Virus record (IMG/VR): IMGVR_UViG_3300011113_000640 | Location: 62,001 to 126,000 of that record | Strand: one strand, 5' to 3' | DNA length: 64,000 nt | Shown here: piece after piece, positions 38,230 to 46,699 of the stretch | How positions within the stretch are numbered: position 1 is the stretch's first letter | Layout: each line of letters opens with the position of its first letter | The notes under the pieces: model-generated | What the model was told of the DNA's origin: nothing | The model's input: only the letters and a program-made list of their open reading frames with translations | Databases searched by the model: none | Translations under genes and position numbers: made by a program

Positions 38230-38257
38230 GCTATGCTCCTTTATTGTTTATAATACT

Positions 38258-38286
38258 ATTATAACAAATGGGCCTTTTTTGGTCAA
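38258..38286 (-). promoter_or_regulatory. Sigma70-like early promoter
   Basis: TTGACC-17 bp-TATAAT. Confidence 0.8.
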
Positions 38287-38549
38287 TCCCACGACTTTTT
38301 GTCGCCATACTGCTCGTTGTAGTCGTAACCGGCTAGATATTCAGCAATTTCAGCTTCATTGAGCTCAGTGACCTGCTTGCCGTGCCCAGTGCCTTCTGGC
38401 CAGTAGTGCGGATCACGGGGACGACCATAATATGAATCTGCACTGCCACGGTCAAACAGGCCACCGTGCAGTTTGCGATCAAACTGCGGGCCACGCAAGG
38501 CCTGGACGATTTGTTCTTGTTCTGTGGGTTCTAACATTCCTATATACAT
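38283..38549 (-). CDS. Hypothetical early protein
   Basis: HGGLFDRGSADSYYGR...PHY...EYLAGY; AGGAG RBS. Confidence 0.7.
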   Translation of the reverse strand: MYIGMLEPTEQEQIVQALRGPQFDRKLHGGLFDRGSADSYYGRPRDPHYWPEGTGHGKQVTELNEAEIAEYLAGYDYNEQYGDKKSWD

Positions 38550-38578
38550 TATTGCTCCTAATTTCTAACTATACATAC

Positions 38579-38607
38579 ATTATAACCGAAATGCCTTTAT
38601 TGGTCAA
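38579..38607 (-). promoter_or_regulatory. Sigma70-like early promoter
   Basis: TTGACC-17 bp-TATAAT. Confidence 0.8.
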
Positions 38608-38954
38608 CCATTACCACATAAACGGTCTACACGTGGTTGTATCTTGTACACAAATTCATCCACGCTATTTTCAGCCCAAACATGCAAACGGTAATCAGCT
38701 ACAGCCAATCTAAAATAGGCTATAGAGTCATCGCGGTCACAGGTTGTAAACATTCGATAAAAAAAATCATGACACATTTTCTTATAGGTGTCATTGATTT
38801 CATCAAGACTTTCGAAATACCTTGCCAATTCTAGTAGATCAGTGTCCAGGTTCCTCAGATCCAATTGATCACTGAGATCCAACTGTTGAAAATCCGGACT
38901 CCGGTGCAATGCCAGTATTTTTTGTGCCGATTCGCTTAGTAAGTATTCTCTCAT
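38604..38954 (-). CDS. Hypothetical protein flanked by a 12-bp direct repeat
   Basis: 116 aa; TGGTCAACCATT at 38601 and 38971. Confidence 0.55.
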   Translation of the reverse strand: MREYLLSESAQKILALHRSPDFQQLDLSDQLDLRNLDTDLLELARYFESLDEINDTYKKMCHDFFYRMFTTCDRDDSIAYFRLAVADYRLHVWAENSVDEFVYKIQPRVDRLCGNG

Positions 38955-39003
38955 ATGTCTTTAATTAGCATGGTCAACCATTGTCCCGGACTTAGGATTT
39001 ATT

Positions 39004-39021
39004 GGTTAGTGAACACTAACC
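39004..39021. repeat. Palindrome GGTTAGTG-AA-CACTAACC (copy 2)
   Basis: Same arms as the copy at 8560. Confidence 0.85.
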
Positions 39022-39053
39022 TACCCTGGTTGGCGCCGGGTCGGAGATAATGA

Positions 39054-39209
39054 CTATATGTTACAGGCCGAAAAGAAACGGTCCTGATCGAATCTCTGAT
39101 TTGCTTCTTTGCAGGCACTGGCCACTGCAACTGCGGCCTGGAGACGAGCATGGGGATCCATGATTGAATTGATATACTTGGCGAGTAGTTCGAAATGTTT
39201 CTTGGACAT
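39054..39209 (-). CDS. Small early protein (51 aa, MSKKHFELLA...RFDQDRFFSAC)
   Basis: Read manually; AGGAG RBS and its own promoter. Confidence 0.7.
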   Translation of the reverse strand: MSKKHFELLAKYINSIMDPHARLQAAVAVASACKEANQRFDQDRFFSACNI

Positions 39210-39240
39210 ACTGTGGCTCCTTTTGATTAACTATACTGCT

Positions 39241-39269
39241 ATTATACAAAAAGGACAGTTTTTGGTCAA
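39241..39269 (-). promoter_or_regulatory. Sigma70-like early promoter
   Basis: TTGACC-17 bp-TATAAT. Confidence 0.8.
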
Positions 39270-39277
39270 CCGCCAAA

Positions 39278-39293
39278 GTTAGTGAGCACTAAC
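39278..39293. repeat. Palindrome GTTAGTG-AG-CACTAAC (copy 3)
   Basis: Same arms as the copies at 8560 and 39004. Confidence 0.85.
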
Positions 39294-39295
39294 CT

Positions 39296-39487
39296 TTATT
39301 TTCTGGGCTCCAACTGCACGGCCATGACGGGCTGGCAACGAGTACGGATCTGTTGTTTCTTTTGTTGATATCTGACATGCAATCTTTCCTGGGTGGTCAG
39401 GCAATTGACGTGATGTTGATACCCTCCCCAGATTTCAAACTCTGGACTGGTTACGGATAAATGCACGATCAGGATCCATTCGATCAT
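39296..39487 (-). CDS. Small hypothetical protein
   Basis: MIEWILIVHL start, 5 nt after TAAATA. Confidence 0.55.
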   Translation of the reverse strand: MIEWILIVHLSVTSPEFEIWGGYQHHVNCLTTQERLHVRYQQKKQQIRTRCQPVMAVQLEPRK

Positions 39488-39506
39488 GGCAATATTTATA
39501 GCCAAG

Positions 39507-39531
39507 AAAAAGCCCACAAAAATGTGGGCTT
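39507..39531 (-). terminator. Intrinsic terminator
   Basis: AAGCCCACA-N4-TGTGGGCTT followed by a U-tract on the - strand. Confidence 0.8.
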
Positions 39532-39711
39532 GTTCATCCCCAGACTTGCTGGTATCGTTGCATGGCTCGGATTCGAGCTATCAACAATCGCAGTCGAATT
39601 TCATCTGAAAGTTCAGATTCTTCAACTGGTTCCAGTTCTGGGCGACGATATCCAACATGAAACCCGCAGGTCTCATCATAGTATTGGACATCATCGTCCT
39701 CAAAGGCTAAA

Positions 39712-39900
39712 TTACTTCTTTGCAGCGTCCTTGGCAGGAGCAGCCTTGGCGTCGCTTTTGGCGTCAGACTTTTTGGCTTCTTCTTTCTTAGCAGGAGCAG
39801 CGGCGGCTGGCTTTGCTTCTTCTTTCTTAGCAGGAGCTGGTGCCTGTGCTACAGCGGATAATGCAAATGCGGATGCTACGATTGCGATTAATGCTTTCAT
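39712..39900 (-). CDS. Small secreted Ala/Lys-rich repeat protein
   Basis: Signal peptide; APAKKEEAK twice; AAGGA RBS. Confidence 0.8.
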   Translation of the reverse strand: MKALIAIVASAFALSAVAQAPAPAKKEEAKPAAAAPAKKEEAKKSDAKSDAKAAPAKDAAKK

Positions 39901-39996
39901 TTTAATTTCCTTTAGGTTAAAACACAGTTGTATCCTGTGTTATATATTTAACGCCTTGCCCTGGATCTGCGTTGACTTTTTTGATATAAATTTCTA

Positions 39997-40989
39997 TTAT
40001 TTGATTACCAAATTGGCTGCTTGTTGTGCAGTATAAGTGGCTGGTATCAAAGGAGCTGGCGGAATTGGTGGATTGGGATCAGCCGGTATGGTGGCGTTGG
40101 TAGTTATACCAGCATTGTCCAAATAAGGACGGTTTTGTCCTTCTCTCATGGCACCGACCATGGCCTGTCCGGTAAATGTTGACAGATTGGCCACGCCTTC
40201 CCAGAACTGTGCTTGTCCACCTTGTTCGGTCTGTTGTCCGTAGATGGGCAAGCTGAAAACCAAACTGTAGATTGAAGAGTTGTTGTTAGGCAACAAATTG
40301 GCAAAATCCACAGGTATCTGAGCCTGTAGTGTATTTTCCAGCGTGATCTGTTGTGCCATGCTGTTGAAATATGAATTCAAAGATGCAGTCTGATTGGCGT
40401 AGGCAACTGTGATATTTCCTATTTCTGTCAAGGCCACCGGTATCAAGCCAGGACCGGTGGGTGGAAAATCACCACCTGAGCCTGTAAAGGCCACATCGGC
40501 AGCATTGACAATTACAATGGTGTTACTGGTTTCAGCATAGTATGTTCCGGCAGCAGGCTGGCCACCTGGTATGGTCACAGGGCCAAGGTTGGGATCACCG
40601 TAGACCCCACCAACTACACTGTTCATAGTTTGATATGTTGTAGTTAGATACGCGATATTGGTATTGGCCAACACCGAAATTGTGTTTGCAAAAAGATCCG
40701 TGATCTGATAGCCGGCTGCCACTCCCAGCACATCGCAAACACCCACACTATTGCCATTGGTGCCGGCTATATTGCTCAAGTAGTTGGCCACCGAATCGGG
40801 CACTGGTTCAGTCAAGGCCGAAATCAAAGGAAGGTTATTAGTGGTTTGCTGATTGGTCACTGTGTTGGCCAGCACCGGCAAAATGGTATCAACAATACCA
40901 CCTATTTGTTGCAGAGCTACAGATAGGGCTTTGTTTGCCAGAGCTTGATCAGCTGGTATTATTTGACTGAGTCGATCGTAAGGTATCAT
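39997..40989 (-). CDS. Putative virion/baseplate protein
   Basis: 330 aa, co-transcribed downstream of the PAAR gene. Confidence 0.6.
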   Translation of the reverse strand: MIPYDRLSQIIPADQALANKALSVALQQIGGIVDTILPVLANTVTNQQTTNNLPLISALTEPVPDSVANYLSNIAGTNGNSVGVCDVLGVAAGYQITDLFANTISVLANTNIAYLTTTYQTMNSVVGGVYGDPNLGPVTIPGGQPAAGTYYAETSNTIVIVNAADVAFTGSGGDFPPTGPGLIPVALTEIGNITVAYANQTASLNSYFNSMAQQITLENTLQAQIPVDFANLLPNNNSSIYSLVFSLPIYGQQTEQGGQAQFWEGVANLSTFTGQAMVGAMREGQNRPYLDNAGITTNATIPADPNPPIPPAPLIPATYTAQQAANLVIK

Positions 40990-41963
40990 ATGTAGGTTCG
41001 CTCAGGAATAATATCAGTCAGCACATACGAGGGCAATTCTGTCAGCAAATTTTGATTGACCGAACCCGATTGATTTACATAGATTGCTATGGGAATCTTG
41101 AATGAGGTACCTGGCACTGTGAGACTTTGATAACTGTTGGGAAACAGTTTCACAGGATTTAACAAATCGGCCATGGTGTTTATGCCCACAGTGGTAACTT
41201 TTAACACGCTGAGTATCTGTGCTAGGTCATTGCCGGTGATTTGGGTCATGGCCTGATACATGAGTCGTTGTATGCTGTCAGTGACACTGATGGTTGGGTT
41301 GGTGAGATTCAAAACTATTTCTGTGGGTATTCCTATGGCCACAAAAGTCAAAGATACTATGGGTATGGTTCCAGTAATAGAATATATTTGTTGTATCAAG
41401 GCCAAGGGACTACCTAGGTTGTCAAGATCGTTGAGATTTATCAGCTGGCCCAAATTCTGCAAATCTTGACCAAAGGCGGTAGTAGCCAAGTTTATAGATG
41501 TGACCCCACCAGTGATCATGTTGTTCATGTTTGTGAAGGTGTTGCCAAGGTAGGTCTGGCTGTTGACAGCACTGTTGATAAACAAGCTGGTCAGGCTGGT
41601 ATACGCACTGACCTGATCCAAGGCCTGCACCAGTTGACTGACATTGTTGCCACAGATATCTTTGTTGGCTTGATTGAGCACAACTGTGGTCATTTGCACA
41701 CCAAGTGTGCTGTAGGCTCCTGGCACGCTGTCACTGAGAGCCGGACATGTATTAGCGGCCAAGGTTTCTAGGCTGGTTACCACATTGCCTGACAGTATAT
41801 TGGCACTGCCCACTGCAATGGTATTGAGAAAAGGAGAAATAAGTGCGCTGTTTTCATAACTGGATATGTTTGCCAGCAGGTCGGCATTGACAGCAATGCC
41901 TTGATTCTGTAACAGTCCGGCTGCGGCATCTAGCTGTAAGGGAGTTAAAACGCTGACAGTCAT
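40986..41963 (-). CDS. Putative virion/baseplate protein
   Basis: Start at MTVSVLTP overlaps the PAAR stop codon. Confidence 0.6.
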   Translation of the reverse strand: MTVSVLTPLQLDAAAGLLQNQGIAVNADLLANISSYENSALISPFLNTIAVGSANILSGNVVTSLETLAANTCPALSDSVPGAYSTLGVQMTTVVLNQANKDICGNNVSQLVQALDQVSAYTSLTSLFINSAVNSQTYLGNTFTNMNNMITGGVTSINLATTAFGQDLQNLGQLINLNDLDNLGSPLALIQQIYSITGTIPIVSLTFVAIGIPTEIVLNLTNPTISVTDSIQRLMYQAMTQITGNDLAQILSVLKVTTVGINTMADLLNPVKLFPNSYQSLTVPGTSFKIPIAIYVNQSGSVNQNLLTELPSYVLTDIIPERTYI

Positions 41964-42253
41964 TTGCCCACAATCACATTCAAACTGCCACCTACCCGGG
42001 GATGAGCACAAGTGTCTAAATCCCCTGCTGTGACCACGGGTTTACCCCCTGCTAGAACGGTAAAGTTTTTACTTGTGGTTTTAGCAGCGCAATGCACCGG
42101 AGGACAACCTTTTCGACCGCAACACGGATGAGGAGTTACTTTAGCACCGAACACCGCTATGGGTCGACCATTGACCAGCACTGTAGGATCCCCAACAAGT
42201 ATTACTCCGCCTACAGCGTTTTTATCTCCTACTCTACATACTGGTCCCGGCAC
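41960..42253 (-). CDS. PAAR-domain spike-tip protein (T4 gp5.4-like)
   Basis: RVGD...TVLVNGRPIA...PHPC...H...GKPVVTAGD..TCAH. Confidence 0.85.
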   Translation of the reverse strand: MPGPVCRVGDKNAVGGVILVGDPTVLVNGRPIAVFGAKVTPHPCCGRKGCPPVHCAAKTTSKNFTVLAGGKPVVTAGDLDTCAHPRVGGSLNVIVGK

Positions 42254-42259
42254 AATATA

Positions 42260-42562
42260 TTATCCCATTAAAATCTTGCTGTTTCTCACTGTCTTGATAC
42301 CAGTGGTGGCTTCCACATAGCTGTCCTGCACTTCATCACGTGCTGGTGCAATCAGGGCCACTTGTGCTTTATTTATAGTGACGGATTTGTCAGGATTTGC
42401 TGTGAAAAGGCTGAAAATCATCTGTATGCCTTCCCTGCCCGGAACCACTGTCAGTGGACGAGCTACAGTAAAACTACTGTCGTCCTCTGCGGTGATTTTT
42501 GCCACCATTTCGTCGCCGTTGGCAATTTTCATTGTGTAAACCTGATCTAGTTCTACTTTCAT
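42260..42562 (-). CDS. Conserved T4-like phage protein (Sm-like fold)
   Basis: KIANGDEMVAK...YVEATTGI. Confidence 0.6.
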   Translation of the reverse strand: MKVELDQVYTMKIANGDEMVAKITAEDDSSFTVARPLTVVPGREGIQMIFSLFTANPDKSVTINKAQVALIAPARDEVQDSYVEATTGIKTVRNSKILMG

Positions 42563-42563
42563 G

Positions 42564-42788
42564 TTATCCTTGTAAGTGTTTGCGTAATTCTGTAAACCCG
42601 CCAATCAACTGCTGATCTAGAAAAATCTGCGGTACCGTGCGGGCATTAGGTACCGCTTCCAACAACTGTTCACGTGTCCAGTCTGTGCTGATGTTGCGTT
42701 CTTCAAACTCAATGCCTTTTAACTTGAGTAAATTTTTTGCTTGATCGCAAAAAGGACAGGCGTTTTTGCTCCATACTATGGCTTTCAT
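42564..42788 (-). CDS. Glutaredoxin
   Basis: CPFC, TVPQIF, IGGF. Confidence 0.95.
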   Translation of the reverse strand: MKAIVWSKNACPFCDQAKNLLKLKGIEFEERNISTDWTREQLLEAVPNARTVPQIFLDQQLIGGFTELRKHLQG

Positions 42789-42808
42789 ATAGGTCTCCTT
42801 GATTGTTA

Positions 42809-43909
42809 TTATAAGCTAGGTAATGCGTTGTAGTCAATGGTATCACTCATGACACCAATTACATAGTTGGTTGATTCATTTTCTTGCAATGCTGTCTGTT
42901 TGTTTGAAGTGTTCACATGTTTGTTGAACCAAGGAATTGGAGTGGTCCTGGGAGCAACACCTTGATATTTGACTCCAATCTCTTTGAGTGCGTTGACTGC
43001 GGTATAGTCTACGAAGTCACGCAAGATGTTGGCATTGAGACCAATCACTGGTCCTTTCTTGAACAGGTAATCAGCCCAGGCTTTTTCCTCACGGATCACA
43101 TCCTGATACATGGCATACACTTCAGATTCGCATTCTGCTTTGGCACGTGCGAAACGTGGATCTTCTTTGACCACCTGATTGATGATCCAGGCCGTCCAGT
43201 CCTTGTGCAGGATCTCGTCTTGTAGGATCAACTGTATGATGTTGCCGTTGCCGATGAATATGCGATTCTCAACCATGGCCAAGCTGGTAGCAAAGCTGAC
43301 CATGAAGCGGAAGGCTTCTAGACCATAGCTGGCATTGAGTGCCAACCATATGGCCTTGATGTGTTCGTACTCATCAAATTCTTCCTGCAACTCTTTACGG
43401 CAGTTGATCATGTGCAGGCGATCGTAGTAAAGTCCAATGGTTGAAGCCATGTCCACAATCTCTGCGGTGTCATGAATCTTGTTGAACTCTTCCTTGGGCA
43501 CATTGTAGATGTTGCGTATGATGTGACTGTAACTACGGCTGTGGATGTTGGTTTCAAAGAATCCCCAGTTGTACATGAGTGCTTCCAGTTCAGGAATGCT
43601 GACCACAGGAGTGAATACCTGTGTGGGGCCACGGCCTTGTAAACTGTCCAAGGCAGTTTGTCGTAATAGATTGCTGGTAAAGATATGACGCACTGTGTCA
43701 GAAGCTTCTTTGAAATCGCCAGCATCCTTGGTCAGACTGATCTCTTCTGGCACCCAGAAGAATCCACGTGCCTCTTGTTCAAATTTCACAACCTTGTTGT
43801 ATTTGACTTCTTCAAAGCGTTGTATGGTCACTGGACCTGCTGGGTCTAAAAACATTTTGCGATTTAGATAATCAGTCTTGGTGTGTAAATTGTATTGTGC
43901 TTGGCTCAT
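42809..43909 (-). CDS. nrdB: Ribonucleotide reductase class Ia beta subunit
   Basis: FFWVPEEI, QTALDSLQGR, ETNIHSRSY, EAFRF, DEILH. Confidence 0.95.
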   Translation of the reverse strand: MSQAQYNLHTKTDYLNRKMFLDPAGPVTIQRFEEVKYNKVVKFEQEARGFFWVPEEISLTKDAGDFKEASDTVRHIFTSNLLRQTALDSLQGRGPTQVFTPVVSIPELEALMYNWGFFETNIHSRSYSHIIRNIYNVPKEEFNKIHDTAEIVDMASTIGLYYDRLHMINCRKELQEEFDEYEHIKAIWLALNASYGLEAFRFMVSFATSLAMVENRIFIGNGNIIQLILQDEILHKDWTAWIINQVVKEDPRFARAKAECESEVYAMYQDVIREEKAWADYLFKKGPVIGLNANILRDFVDYTAVNALKEIGVKYQGVAPRTTPIPWFNKHVNTSNKQTALQENESTNYVIGVMSDTIDYNALPSL

Positions 43910-43925
43910 AGTTTTCTCTTTGTTG

Positions 43926-46253
43926 TTATAGTTTGCATGCTAGACAATCTTCCTCTAAGAGGTCGCTGTCGGGTTCTTGAGTGTGCAAGACCTGTGGTGC
44001 TTCGTCTTGACCTTTGGATCCTTGTTTGTTGATCAGACTGTAGTAGAATGTTTTTAAACCCCAACGATGTGCTTGCATGAGGTTGGTGGCGATCAAGGTT
44101 GTAGGCACCTTGCGATCCGCAAAGTGCGCAGGGTTATAGAATGTGTTGGTTGAGATGCTTTGATCCACATAGGCAGCAATCACAGCTGCGGTCTTCAAGT
44201 AATTTGCACAGTCTCGTTGTTCCCACATGAGTTGATATCTGTTCTTCAACTTGTTGTACTCTGGAGCCACCTGGATCAAACTTCCTGCTTTGGATTCTTT
44301 GACAGTGATCAAGCTCATAGGCATTTCAATACCATTGGTTGAGTTGATCACAACCGATGACGACTCAACCGGAGCCACTGCCATGAGTGTGGCATTGCGC
44401 ACACCATGGATCTTCATCTTTTCACGCAGTGATTCCCAATCAAGTTCTGGTTTGAAGTTGGCCAGTTCGTTGACAGCCTTGGCGCGAAGCTCCCATGGAA
44501 ACACACCTTGTCCGTAGCGTGTTAATCCGCTGTGACTGCATGGTCCACGTTCTTTGGCCAATTCAACTGTGGCTTCTGTCAAATAGTAGGCTTGATGTTC
44601 CATCCACGACTTGACTTCTTGCAAGGCATCTTTTTCACCATACAGCAAGCCACGTTTTGCGTGCCAGTATGCTAGATTAGTGATGCCAATGCCCAAGGGT
44701 TGTATCTCTTGGTTTGACAGCATGCTCTGGATACTCAAATAGTCTTGATAATCAAGTATGTTACATAGACTGCGCTGTAAGATACGGCAGGCTCTGCGCA
44801 TGTCTTCGGGATTACGGAACGCACCCCAGTTGATGCTCCCCAATGTGCATAGTGCGATACGTCCGGCATCGTCATCGAGCCGCTTGAATGGCTTGGTGGG
44901 CAACAAAATTTCACAGCAAAGGTTGCTCTGATAGATGGCATGATACTCAGGATCAAATGGACCTTGGTTGACCACGTTGTCAATGTACACCAGATAGATG
45001 CGTCCGGTGTCAGTGCGCTCTTTGAGGATGCCGCCTTTGAACACATCCTCGGCACTCATGATTTTCTTTCTTAGATCTTTTCTTTTTTCATACTTGACAT
45101 AGAGTTCTTCAAACCGCTCTGGATCTGTATAAAATGCTTCATACATGTCTGGCACTTGGTTAGGATCAAAGAACGTGATTTGTTCCTTGTTCTTAAAACG
45201 CCGCCAAAAGAACGATGATAATACCACTCCGTAATCCATGTGTCGGACTCGTGTTTCTTCAGTGCCTTGATTGTTCTTGAGCACAATGAGATCATCAAAC
45301 TGATAATGCCAGATAGGATAGAACACAGTAGCACTCGCATTACGGATACCTCCTTGTGAACAACTACGCAAATCACCAAACCATTTTTTCAGGAATGGTA
45401 TCATGCCAGTGTGCATGACTTCACCACCGCGAATGGCGGCACCCAAGGGACGCAGACGACCAACTTCCAGGCCAATACCTGCACGTTTGGCCGCATACTT
45501 GGCCATCATTTCGCCACTAGCAAATATAGAGTCCAAATCGTCGTCGGCGCGAATAAGTACACAACTCGAAAACTGTTTGGTGGGAGTACCCAGACCAGCC
45601 AGTACAGGTGTAGCCAGAGTAAAAAGGCCATCACTGGCACAATTATAATATTCTTTGATGTAACGCATCCTAGCAGTGTTGGGTTCTTCTCGATGGAACA
45701 CAGTAGCTGCTGCCACCATGTATCTAACTTGTGGGGTTTCATAGATCTCCTTGGTGGCACGATTGCGTACCAGATATTTTTCAATCAACTGTTCAATGGC
45801 CGCATATGAATACTGTTCGTCTTTTTCATGATCGATCATGTCGTTCATGCGATTCCAGTCTTCTTCGGTATACCACTCCAACAACTCTGCGGTATACAGA
45901 CCAGTGGCTACATTCTTCTTGACAATTTCGTACAGGTGGGGAGGTGTGTAACTGCCATACACATCCTTCCTCAACATGCTGAGTCGTTGTTTACCTGCCA
46001 CGAACTGATAGTTGGTGTGGCCCACGTCAGGATTGGCTTCTACATCAATCAAGTCCACAGTGGCACGCAAGGTAATACCATCAATCTCTTGTGTGGTAAT
46101 ACCATCATAAAAGTGCAACTGTGCTTTGATTTCTATCATGCTCTGACTTACGTCAGCAATGCCCTGGCAGACCTTGGCAACCTGTGCCTGCCACTTGTCA
46201 ATCTGTAGTGGCTCTTTTCGTCCGCTTCTTTTTTCTACCGTAATCTGCGTCAT
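43926..46253 (-). CDS. nrdA: Ribonucleotide reductase class Ia alpha subunit with ATP cone
   Basis: QFSSC, SCSQGGIR, SNLCCEI, APVESSS, KTFYY, C-terminal CLAC. Confidence 0.97.
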   Translation of the reverse strand: MTQITVEKRSGRKEPLQIDKWQAQVAKVCQGIADVSQSMIEIKAQLHFYDGITTQEIDGITLRATVDLIDVEANPDVGHTNYQFVAGKQRLSMLRKDVYGSYTPPHLYEIVKKNVATGLYTAELLEWYTEEDWNRMNDMIDHEKDEQYSYAAIEQLIEKYLVRNRATKEIYETPQVRYMVAAATVFHREEPNTARMRYIKEYYNCASDGLFTLATPVLAGLGTPTKQFSSCVLIRADDDLDSIFASGEMMAKYAAKRAGIGLEVGRLRPLGAAIRGGEVMHTGMIPFLKKWFGDLRSCSQGGIRNASATVFYPIWHYQFDDLIVLKNNQGTEETRVRHMDYGVVLSSFFWRRFKNKEQITFFDPNQVPDMYEAFYTDPERFEELYVKYEKRKDLRKKIMSAEDVFKGGILKERTDTGRIYLVYIDNVVNQGPFDPEYHAIYQSNLCCEILLPTKPFKRLDDDAGRIALCTLGSINWGAFRNPEDMRRACRILQRSLCNILDYQDYLSIQSMLSNQEIQPLGIGITNLAYWHAKRGLLYGEKDALQEVKSWMEHQAYYLTEATVELAKERGPCSHSGLTRYGQGVFPWELRAKAVNELANFKPELDWESLREKMKIHGVRNATLMAVAPVESSSVVINSTNGIEMPMSLITVKESKAGSLIQVAPEYNKLKNRYQLMWEQRDCANYLKTAAVIAAYVDQSISTNTFYNPAHFADRKVPTTLIATNLMQAHRWGLKTFYYSLINKQGSKGQDEAPQVLHTQEPDSDLLEEDCLACKL

Positions 46254-46282
46254 CCGTCTCTCGTTCTTAAATTTTTTTACTA

Positions 46283-46699
46283 CTACTTTATGTGGTGTTG
46301 CTGGTATTGCCGTTTGATCGTTACTGCTTGGATGGTATTTAATATTGAATTAGTTTCCCAATTCAGTATATATTTTGATTGTTCCACCAGGACTAAATTA
46401 TGCCCAGTTTCAGTCAAAACCAGGCGTGCCGGCTGTAAATCTGGTCGTTCCAGCAAAGTTATAGTATACAGGATTCCTAAGCCTCTTGCAAGTTCACAGT
46501 AGATGTCATCACTCAAAAGTTGCCAAGGATCGGGCCAGGTTTTTTGGTCATCCCAGTGTAGATAGTAAGGTCGCCAAGGTGCTCGAAACCACCAAGCATT
46601 AATGTGTTCTAGTGCAGATTGAGCAGAGAGATTTTGGCAATGGACACGCAACTGATTCCAGCTTTCCAGCCGAGCGGCAAATGTAACAGGCCAGATCAA
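46283..46699 (-). CDS. Hypothetical protein (possible transglutaminase-like fold)
   Basis: WPDPWQLL...YCE; 138 aa, TTG start. Confidence 0.55.
   Translation of the reverse strand: MIWPVTFAARLESWNQLRVHCQNLSAQSALEHINAWWFRAPWRPYYLHWDDQKTWPDPWQLLSDDIYCELARGLGILYTITLLERPDLQPARLVLTETGHNLVLVEQSKYILNWETNSILNTIQAVTIKRQYQQHHIK

Noticed and set aside
39061-39276. 71-aa - strand ORF in the supplied track
   Set aside because: It starts inside the promoter; the ORF 39054..39209 has the RBS and fits better.
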